From NCBI GenBank assembly GCA_045638685.1, contig JAZUBT010000007.1:130551-194550 (forward strand): 64,000 nucleotides of DNA, written 5' to 3'. Of the stretch, positions 9,857-18,220 are shown in pieces. Below the pieces are notes generated by a model that was not told where the DNA came from, ran no database searches, and was given only the letters and a program-made list of their open reading frames with translations. Positions within the stretch are counted from its first letter, which is position 1. Each line of letters starts with the position of its first letter. Source of the DNA: Eubacteriales bacterium. GTDB taxonomy: Bacteria > Bacillota > Clostridia > Oscillospirales > CAG-272. The position numbers were made by a program, and so were the translations under genes.

Positions 9857-12439
9857 TTAAAGCATCTTTTTAAGCTCAAAGATAAAGTTAAGCGCCTCTA
9901 TCGGGGTAAGTGTATTTATATCCACTTCTCTTACCGTGTCTGCGATCTTGGTGTTAATCATATCCTCAAACGAAACGTTTGCCGAGGAAACGGCGACGGC
10001 GCCTTCCTCTTTTCTCGGAGACGGCACCTCGCTTTCGATTTTCAGAAGAATATCCTTTGCCTTTTTTATTATCTCCGTAGGGATACCCGCGAGCTTTGCT
10101 ACCTCTATTCCGTAGCTGTCGTCCGCGCCACCTCTTATAATTTTACGAAGGAAAATAATGTCGTCGCCCTTTTTCTTTGCGGCAATATTGTAATTTACCA
10201 CTCCGTCTATCTCGTTTTCAAGCGCTGTAAGCTCGTGATAGTGTGTTGCGAAAAGGGTTTTCGCTCCGATTTTCTTGCTCGCTGTATATTCCGCTACCGC
10301 TCTCGCTATACTCATTCCGTCAAAGGTGCTGGTTCCGCGTCCTATTTCGTCGTATATTATGAGCGAGCGCTTTGTCGCGTTTTTAAGAATGTATGCAACC
10401 TCATTCATTTCAAGCATAAAGGTTGACTGTCCCGAAGCAAGGTCGTCCGAGGCTCCTACTCTGGTGAAAAGCTTATCAACGATACCTATTCTCGCCTCGG
10501 CGGCGGGAACAAACGCTCCCATCTGGGCCATTAGCGTTATTATCGCTACCTGCCTCATATACGTCGATTTACCCGCCATGTTGGGACCTGTTATAAGCAT
10601 AAGTCTGTTATGCACGGTATCAAGCTCGGTATCGTTGGGAACGAAATAGCTGTCTCGTACAAACTGCTCAACAACGGGATGACGTCCGTCCTTTATAATA
10701 ATTTTATCGTCGCAGGTAACCTCGGGACGGACAAAATTATTTCTGCTCGCTACCTCTCCGAGACTTAGATAAACGTCAAGCAGAGAGAGAAGCGTGGCAT
10801 TATTCTGCAAAGGAGCCGCAAAGGACGCCACCTTGTCTCTGAGATTACAGAAAATCTCGTATTCAAGAGCGGAAATCTTTTCCGATGCTCCGAGAATTGC
10901 CGATTCAAGCTCCTTAAGCTTCGGCGTAATATATCTTTCAGCGCCCGAAAGCGTCTGTTTTCTTATATAATAATCGGGAAGCTCACCCTTGTTGGCGTTC
11001 GTTACCTCAATATAATATCCAAAGACACGGTTATAGCCGTATTTAAGCTTTGATATTCCGGTAACACGTCTTTCTTCCTCTATAAGCTCGTCAAGGTATT
11101 CACGGCTATTGATAAGAAGTCCGCGCAGTCTGTCAAGCTCCTCGCTGACGCCCGCGGCTATCATCTCACCCTCTCTCACCGTAAGTGGCGGCTGGTCAAC
11201 AATCGTCGCGGAAATTTCGTCTATAAGCTCGGTAAGAGGATTAAGGCTGTCTCTTATATTTTTAAGCTCGTCGCACTGCACCTCTGCCATAAGCTCTATT
11301 ATCGGCGCTACGACGGAAACGGTATCCGCTATCGCCTTTAAATCTCTGGCGTTTGCGCTTCCATATACTATCTTGGTCATAAGCCGTTCTATATCAAGAA
11401 CGGAACGCATGGTCTGCATAAGCTCCTCGCGGAGCATATATCCGTCCTTAAACTCACCAACCGCATCCTGACGTCCGTTTATATGAACAGTGTTTACAAG
11501 CGGAAGCTCAATCCATTTACGGAGAAGCCTTGCTCCCATTGACGTAACCGTGTGGTCGAGCACCCAGAGAAGCGAACCGCGCTTTTCCTTTGTTCTCATT
11601 GTTTCGGTAAGCTCAAGGTTTCTTCTGGTATTCGGATCTATTTCAAGGAACTGACCGTCGGTAAAGAGACTTAGGTTTTTGATATACGAAATCTCGGTTT
11701 TCTGAGTATCGGCTATATAACGAAGCAGCGCGCCGACAGAAAGCACCGCCGTCGGGTTTTCAAAAATCTTCTCGTTTACCGTTTTACCGAACTGTCTTTT
11801 AACGGTGAGCGTTGCATCTCCAAGGCTAAACTCTGAGTATATTTCTCCATTTATAACGCTTTTCAGTCTCTCTCTGAAATAGGTGCGCAGCACGGGGTAG
11901 TCGTCAAGAGAAACGTTTATAAGCAGCTCTCGCGGACGGTATGCCTCGGCCACCGTTATAATTCTTTCCGAAAGGTTACCACCCTTTAAGACCGTGCTGT
12001 ACATCTCACCCGTAGATGCGTCGGCAAAGGAAATACACCCCTCTCCGTTCTGAATATAAACGGAGGACAGGTAGTTATTCTGTCTGTCGTCAAGCATCGT
12101 GTTATCGGTAACCGTTCCGGGGGTTACTATACGGACTATCTCTCTTTTGACAAGCCCCTTAGCTTCCTTAGGATCCCCGATCTGCTCGCAGATTACCACC
12201 TTGTATCCCTTAGATACAAGTCTCGATATGTAGGTATCCGCCGCGTGATACGGAACTCCGCACATAGGCGCGCGCTCTGCTTCTCCGCAGTCGCGTCCCG
12301 TTAAGGTAAGCTCAAGTATTTTTGAAGCACGAATCGCGTCGTCGAAGAACATTTCGTAAAAGTCTCCGAGCCTATAAAACAAAAACGCGTCGGGATACTG
12401 CTTCTTTACTTCAAGATACTGAAGCATCATTGGTGTCAT
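9857..12439 (-). CDS. mutS: DNA mismatch repair protein MutS
   Basis: 860 aa. N-terminus MTPMMLQYLEVKKQYPDAFLFYRLGDFYEMF. Walker A GPNMAGKSTYMRQ. Confidence 0.95.
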   Translation of the reverse strand: MTPMMLQYLEVKKQYPDAFLFYRLGDFYEMFFDDAIRASKILELTLTGRDCGEAERAPMCGVPYHAADTYISRLVSKGYKVVICEQIGDPKEAKGLVKREIVRIVTPGTVTDNTMLDDRQNNYLSSVYIQNGEGCISFADASTGEMYSTVLKGGNLSERIITVAEAYRPRELLINVSLDDYPVLRTYFRERLKSVINGEIYSEFSLGDATLTVKRQFGKTVNEKIFENPTAVLSVGALLRYIADTQKTEISYIKNLSLFTDGQFLEIDPNTRRNLELTETMRTKEKRGSLLWVLDHTVTSMGARLLRKWIELPLVNTVHINGRQDAVGEFKDGYMLREELMQTMRSVLDIERLMTKIVYGSANARDLKAIADTVSVVAPIIELMAEVQCDELKNIRDSLNPLTELIDEISATIVDQPPLTVREGEMIAAGVSEELDRLRGLLINSREYLDELIEEERRVTGISKLKYGYNRVFGYYIEVTNANKGELPDYYIRKQTLSGAERYITPKLKELESAILGASEKISALEYEIFCNLRDKVASFAAPLQNNATLLSLLDVYLSLGEVASRNNFVRPEVTCDDKIIIKDGRHPVVEQFVRDSYFVPNDTELDTVHNRLMLITGPNMAGKSTYMRQVAIITLMAQMGAFVPAAEARIGIVDKLFTRVGASDDLASGQSTFMLEMNEVAYILKNATKRSLIIYDEIGRGTSTFDGMSIARAVAEYTASKKIGAKTLFATHYHELTALENEIDGVVNYNIAAKKKGDDIIFLRKIIRGGADDSYGIEVAKLAGIPTEIIKKAKDILLKIESEVPSPRKEEGAVAVSSANVSFEDMINTKIADTVREVDINTLTPIEALNFIFELKKML

Positions 12440-12567
12440 AGATTTAAACCGTTCCTTTCGGTAAGTTAGATTTTCTGTTAATAAGTTAAGAAAGACTGTT
12501 TTTATGCGTCATTACGTTAAAAGACCGCATAGCCTTCTCATACACATTTTAATCCGTCGCGACTTTT

Positions 12568-13989
12568 TTACACAAGACGTCCGTAAAGTGCGTGCGGCTC
12601 AGCGTCCTCTATAACAAGACTGACATAGCTGCCGGTAAGCGCTTCGTCGCCCTCGAAGTGAACGAGCCTGTTGCTCGCTGTTCTGGCAGTAAGCTTACTC
12701 TCGTCCGTTTTACTCTTTCCCTCAACAAGCGCTCTTACCGTCTTTCCCTTAAACTCAAGGTTTTTCTGCTTTGATATCTCTGTTTGAAGAGCTATCATAC
12801 GCTGAAAGCGCGCACCCTTAACGTCATCGGGAATCTGATTTTCCATAGCGGCGGCAGGAGTTCCGCTTCTTTTTGAATATATAAAGGAATAGATATTATC
12901 GTATCGTATCTCTTTTAGCATCCGAAGAGTCTCGTTAAACTCCTCCTCGGTTTCTCCGGGGAAGCCGACTATTATGTCTGTTGTTATTGCAATATCCGGA
13001 ATTTTCTCTCTCATATAACGCACGAGAGCCTTATATCTCTCGGTACCGTAATGTCTGTTCATAGCCGTAAGCACTCTGTCGCTTCCAGACTGAAGCGGAA
13101 GATGGAACCGCCCGGATATACCTATTTTACCTTTTTCGGGCGGATTTTCCGCCATTACGTCAATAAGCTCCTCACTTGCGTCCTTAGGGTGGCTGGTCAT
13201 AAAATGAATTATAGCCTCGCCACGGAGCGCGCAGATATCCTTTAAAAGCTCTTTAAATCCGTAGTTTTCTCTTGAAATCGGACGGTAGGAATTAACGTTC
13301 TGACCGAGAAGGGTTATTTCCTTTACGCCAAGGGAAAGCAGCTCTTTTATTTCGTGGAGAACCGCCTCCGGCTCGCGGCTTCTCTCCCTGCCTCTTACGT
13401 AAGGCACTATACAGTACGTACAGAAATTGTTACAGCCGTACATAACTGACACGTAAGCCTGCCCCGCGGTAATATCACGGCTTACCGGCAGTCCCTCCGC
13501 GATAATAAGTGCATCGTTATCAATAAGAAACTGTCTCTTTTTCTCAGTAAGCGTTTTATAAAGCACCTCGGGAAAACGGTGAATAAGGGTTGTCCCAAGA
13601 ATAAAATCAATATAAGGATATTTATTTTTTATATCGCTTTTTCTGTGCTCCTGCGATACCATACAGCCGCAAATACCTATTATCAGCTCGGGATTTTTTT
13701 CCTTGCAGTGTTTATATCCGCCCGCTATTGAAAGTGCTTTAAGCTCCGCGTGCTCACGCACCGCGCAGGTGTTTATAAGTATAAGCGACGCTTCGTCCGG
13801 AACAGAGGTTTTAACGTACCCCATTTTTTCCGCCATTCCGAGCAGCTTTTCGCTGTCCGCCTCGTTTTGCTGACAGCCAAAGGTTTGCACGAACACTTTT
13901 TTGCCGCTTGTGTTCATTCTCAGAATTTCGTCCATATAAGAGAACTGTCTTTCGGTCTCCTCTTTTGTAGCGATTATCTCTGCTTTCAT
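12568..13989 (-). CDS. miaB: radical-SAM tRNA methylthiotransferase MiaB
   Basis: 473 aa. UPF0004 N-domain (FVQTFGCQQNEADSE), radical SAM CNNFCTYCIVPYVRG, C-terminal TRAM-like region. Sits upstream of mutS-mutL. Confidence 0.85.
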   Translation of the reverse strand: MKAEIIATKEETERQFSYMDEILRMNTSGKKVFVQTFGCQQNEADSEKLLGMAEKMGYVKTSVPDEASLILINTCAVREHAELKALSIAGGYKHCKEKNPELIIGICGCMVSQEHRKSDIKNKYPYIDFILGTTLIHRFPEVLYKTLTEKKRQFLIDNDALIIAEGLPVSRDITAGQAYVSVMYGCNNFCTYCIVPYVRGRERSREPEAVLHEIKELLSLGVKEITLLGQNVNSYRPISRENYGFKELLKDICALRGEAIIHFMTSHPKDASEELIDVMAENPPEKGKIGISGRFHLPLQSGSDRVLTAMNRHYGTERYKALVRYMREKIPDIAITTDIIVGFPGETEEEFNETLRMLKEIRYDNIYSFIYSKRSGTPAAAMENQIPDDVKGARFQRMIALQTEISKQKNLEFKGKTVRALVEGKSKTDESKLTARTASNRLVHFEGDEALTGSYVSLVIEDAEPHALYGRLV

Positions 13990-14042
13990 CGTTTTCTTGC
14001 CTTTTTAAATAAATAATATTATACATAATTTATTTTATCATA

Positions 14043-15357
14043 TTATATAATATTTTTCAATATATTAATGTGAATTTTTTTAGAAGTGTTATTATCTCCT
14101 CTATTCTTTGCTCGTTGCTGTTCGTCCGAAAGCTCTTGGTCATAAATCTCTGCCGCTTCTTGAACATCACCGCCTAAAACCTCGACAACATCTAAAAATG
14201 CTTCTCTCGATATGTTTGTCATATCAATAGGATTAGTTATATTAAGGTAATAGGCTTCGGTTTTTCCGTCCTTAAATTCGGGGAAGTTTTCCATATACTC
14301 GGCATCATCGGAGAAGAAGAAACCGAGATATGTGTTTGAGTCTCCTGTCGCTTCACCCTTTTTGGATTTATCAAAAACAGTAAAATCGTTTTTAGTGGTA
14401 TTGGTACACCTTGAGCAGATTTCCGTTAGGATCTACCGCCTTACTATCCTTGAAATACTCTCTCTGTCCTTTTGAAAGGCTGTTGCCTTCGCTATCTGCA
14501 GAGAGAGAATATTTTATAGAATTTTCCTTATCCCTCTTGACATTTGTTTCCTTTTGTGATATACTATCTTTCGCAAGGTTGATAATGCGAGACACCTCGG
14601 AAGGTTGGATTCCTATGGTGGCAAGCATTTGTTCAGCCTTGTTTTTGTTTATTGCAACAAGCTTTCCCTCTTCGGCACTTCTTGTTATTCTATCAACAAA
14701 ACCATCCAACGGATACACGCTTTTTACTTGATTTACTGTATCGCTTTCCATTGGTTGATTATTCCACACGCCCGCTATAACATAAGATGCGTTACCTCTT
14801 GTATCGTCCATTTCATAGGAAGTAATAATAGAAACTTTTTCACCGTTATCAATAAGCAACGAAGCTTCGGACAGATGTTGCGGCATCTTCTCAAAAAATT
14901 CATACGGAACAGCGTGAGAAGAATAATTTTTGTTTTTTGCCGATTGTCTTCGTGATTTTCTATAATCACTTTGATTCATAGCAAACGGAGCATTTGAGAA
15001 TCCCGCTGCCTGTAATTGCCCGGAAGGATTGCCGATATATAAGGAATTACTTCCGTTCATCTGTCCTTTTTCTATCGAATTTAACTGACTGTTGTATGAC
15101 ATTTTGGAAGTCTTGCTAATAGAATACTTGGTTTCGGTAGGTAACCTTGCACCGTTCCTATACGCATCTTCAAAGAGCTTCTTAACCTTTTCAAGCTGTC
15201 TTGCTTCTTTACTTCCCTTTGTTGCTACCTTGCAGAAATATTTAATCTTATCAAAGAGCCAATTAAATACGTTTCTGTCCTTTGCCGAAAGACCGAAAAC
15301 GAAATCCTCGTCAGTAAAGAGATAATCTCCCTTTGCTTCTTCATTTTCGGGTAAATT
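14043..15357 (-). pseudogene. 5'- and 3'-truncated, frameshifted fragment of a large mobile-element polyvalent-type protein
   Basis: The frame of ORF 14392..15102 stays open upstream to 15357 with no start codon; an in-frame TAG lies at 15358-15360. The frame breaks near 14395-14405: one frame reads ...NGNLLKVYQYH*, and the +1 frame continues CTNTTKNDFTVFDKSKKGEATGDSNTYLGFFFSDDAEYMENFPEF... into ORF 14043..14294. Confidence 0.6.
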
Positions 15358-15524
15358 CTAAACAAGTCCAAATACCGTTAAAAAGGGAGGATAAGTCTTT
15401 AAAAGGCTTCTCCCTCCCCTACCGCACAATATCGTTTGCATATCATATAATAATTCGGCATACGGTATAATAGCGTTCACAAAAAGTATTAGTGTTTATC
15501 ATACCGTATGCTTTTAATTATAAA

Positions 15525-15586
15525 AACGCTTATGCCCCTCTGTTTACGGCCTCTTATATAAGAAAGCCACAGACTGCATAAGCGTT
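15525..15586 (-). terminator. terminator-like hairpin downstream of the cpsD-like gene
   Basis: Perfect 11-bp inverted repeat aacgcttatgc (15525-15535) / gcataagcgtt (15576-15586), followed on the minus strand by a T-run. The loop is large. A second 11-bp inverted repeat lies at 15458-15468 / 15501-15511. Confidence 0.4.
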
Positions 15587-15603
15587 CTTCATTTTATTTA
15601 TTA

Positions 15604-16389
15604 TTATTCCGCCTTCGTTTCCTCGGATGACTTGTTTTCCTTAGGAGCTTTTTTAACTTTTTCGATTATGCGCTTAAAAAATCCTGGGCGGCGACCGGAA
15701 CCGGAATGTTTGTAGTAATAATAGTGAGTGTATTTACCTTTAGAGCCGATGTGTCCGGTTGCATCGGTATAGTTAAGTATTGCTCCCAATATCTGGCAGT
15801 TTGCTTTTTCAAACTGCTTTTTTACGTTGTATGCGATACGGTATTTTATCTTTCCGGCAGAAATGACTATTATCGCACCATCGCACTGCTTAGCAACAAC
15901 AGCAGCGTCTATAACCGCTCCGAGCGGAGCAGTATCTACGATAATATAATCGTATTCCTCGCGGCACTTTTCAAGAAGAATCTTAAATTTATCGGTATAG
16001 AAAAGCTCTACGGGGTTCGGAGGATATTTTCCCGCAAGAATCATGTGTAAATTCTCATACTGCGTTTCAAATACGATATCCTCAATGCTTGCCTGATTAG
16101 TAAGATACTGGCTAAGTCCAAGAGGAGAGCTTGCTTCAATCTTGTATCTTACCGCCATAACCGATTTTCTCATATCGGTATCTATAATCATTACCTTTTT
16201 TCCTATTTCCGAAAGAGATTTTGCAAGCTCTACCGAAATAAGGCTTTTTCCTTCATTTTGAAGGCAGCTTGTTACCGCTATGCACTTTATATCGGGACCG
16301 CTGAACTGAAAGTTGGTTCTAAGTGTTTTAAACGCCTCGCTCGTTCTGTACGATCCGGTGGTTACGGAAGTTATTTCTATCTTATTCAT
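15604..16389 (-). CDS. CpsD/CapB-type bacterial tyrosine kinase (BY-kinase catalytic subunit)
   Basis: P-loop TSCLQNEGKS and C-terminal tyrosine cluster KYTHYYYYKHS. I place the start at ATG 16389 (MNKIEITS..., GAGGA RBS 5 nt upstream) rather than the track start at 16467. Confidence 0.8.
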   Translation of the reverse strand: MNKIEITSVTTGSYRTSEAFKTLRTNFQFSGPDIKCIAVTSCLQNEGKSLISVELAKSLSEIGKKVMIIDTDMRKSVMAVRYKIEASSPLGLSQYLTNQASIEDIVFETQYENLHMILAGKYPPNPVELFYTDKFKILLEKCREEYDYIIVDTAPLGAVIDAAVVAKQCDGAIIVISAGKIKYRIAYNVKKQFEKANCQILGAILNYTDATGHIGSKGKYTHYYYYKHSGSGRRPGFFKRIIEKVKKAPKENKSSEETKAE

Positions 16390-16566
16390 AATATCCTCAC
16401 AATCCGCCGCGATAAGCGGCAACTTAAAATTCAAACGAGTTTGCCGTGTTTTGCCACCGCAAAACAAAAGGGTCTTAGCCTTTTAGGTAAACTCATACGT
16501 GAAATCCCCGTGTTTTGCGCATACAAAACACAAAAAGCTTTGTCTGCTGTTATCTTTATTATCCGA

Positions 16567-17307
16567 TTAATATCTGCCGTAATATCTGTATTCGTCAGCA
16601 AGCTTTCTCGCCTTTAACACGTTGGGTATTACACCGAGAACGCTTATTCCAAGACGGGATTCTATATCCTTTCTTGTGGAAATCTTATCCTCAAGAACGT
16701 AAATTATCGCGATTACAAGAGCCGCAAGGCAAGCTCCGAGGAAGGCAAAAACAACTGTATTTCTTAAAACGTTAGAGCCGATAAGCGTACCCTTCGCCGC
16801 AGGCGACAGCTTGCTTGCGGGAACATTGGTGATTTGGGGAAGCTCGTCATAAGCCGCATCGCGAACTGCGTTTGCAATAATTTGTGCGTTTTCGGGAGAG
16901 TCCCCGGTAACGGTTATCCAAAGAATACGGGTGTTTTCAGGAGAAACTACCGAGATTTTTCTTGATAAGCTTGAAGCATTCGCAGCAATTCCCTTCTCCT
17001 TTATAGCTGCGGAAACCTTGTCAAGAACTATCGGATCTTTAATAAGAAGCTCGTAGTCCTTAGCGATGTTGGTTGCTATCTGAACCGAGGTTACAGCAGC
17101 AGGATCCTGCTTGTTTCCGATTATATACAAGCCGACTTTTGTCTGATAGGCCGGGGTGTATGTTTTGTTAAAATAAATGAAAGCTCCTACTCCCGCAATT
17201 ATTGCAGCAAGAATTACTATCCATATTTTCTTCATAACAGAAAGAAGCATTCCGGGAATATTTATTTCCAACGCTTTTTCTTCGTTTCTTACCTCTGCGA
17301 TATTCAT
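16567..17307 (-). CDS. Wzz/CpsC-type chain-length determinant (BY-kinase transmembrane activator)
   Basis: 246 aa with two TM helices flanking an extracytoplasmic domain. Directly abuts the cpsB-like gene. Confidence 0.75.
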   Translation of the reverse strand: MNIAEVRNEEKALEINIPGMLLSVMKKIWIVILAAIIAGVGAFIYFNKTYTPAYQTKVGLYIIGNKQDPAAVTSVQIATNIAKDYELLIKDPIVLDKVSAAIKEKGIAANASSLSRKISVVSPENTRILWITVTGDSPENAQIIANAVRDAAYDELPQITNVPASKLSPAAKGTLIGSNVLRNTVVFAFLGACLAALVIAIIYVLEDKISTRKDIESRLGISVLGVIPNVLKARKLADEYRYYGRY

Positions 17308-18021
17308 TTAATTATTCTCCTTTATAAATAAATTATTTGCATTTGACCAAAATAACGGCTCAGCCACAGCCTCTCCGTATTTTTTTAAAACCATTCTGTA
17401 CGCTTCGGAAAAGCTATCATATGCCGCCGATACGTGAGCGTCCGATGAAACAATGCTTGCAAGACCTCGCTTTATAAGAGATTTCACAAAGCGCGATGTA
17501 CTCCAGCCGTTAATCCCTATAACGCTTTCGGCATTTACCGTTATGATCGCTCCCATCTGCTTTAGCTGCAACAGCTTCTTTTTCGTTATGTTTTTATACC
17601 GTTCAACATGCGCCAAAACGGATTTATATCCGAGCGATGTCATTCCGAGAACCGTTTCTGCCATATCGTGAAACGTAACGTTTACCGAAAACTCCAGCAA
17701 AACCTTATTATTTCCGGCGACAAACTTCCGTTTGTTTTCGATTAAAAAGCTCGGAACTCCGGAAAAAACGTATATCTCGTTCCACTTGTAAAGCCTTAAA
17801 TCCGGATATTTTTCTTTTGAATACTCAACGAGCTCGTTAAACGCTTTTTCCTCGCCTTTTGGATTATATTCAAACAGTTCAGGGTTATAGTGTGGCGTAA
17901 CGCAAATGACTCTTACTCCGTTTGCATATGCATTGTCAAGCATTTTTAACATAACGGACTTGTTTTTCGCACCGTCGTCAACTCCATAGAGAATATGACT
18001 GTGAACATCCGCTAAAAACAT
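17308..18021 (-). CDS. CpsB/CapC-type PHP-family phosphotyrosine protein phosphatase
   Basis: 237 aa. N-terminal DVHSHILYGVDDGA and later SSDAHV, matching PHP metal-binding motifs. Confidence 0.8.
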   Translation of the reverse strand: MFLADVHSHILYGVDDGAKNKSVMLKMLDNAYANGVRVICVTPHYNPELFEYNPKGEEKAFNELVEYSKEKYPDLRLYKWNEIYVFSGVPSFLIENKRKFVAGNNKVLLEFSVNVTFHDMAETVLGMTSLGYKSVLAHVERYKNITKKKLLQLKQMGAIITVNAESVIGINGWSTSRFVKSLIKRGLASIVSSDAHVSAAYDSFSEAYRMVLKKYGEAVAEPLFWSNANNLFIKENN

Positions 18022-18220
18022 AGAGGCTCCTTTCTTCTCTTACGCATATATTTTAACTCTAAACACATATATCAAGTCAATTATAACATTTATTTATGAA
18101 AAAAGCAATATGTTTTTTAAATAAATATAAAAATTTTATATTTTTTTACATATTTATGTTTTTTCTGAATATTTTTTTAATATATCTACCTCAAAAAAAC
18201 ATAACGAAAGGAACTTCTAA

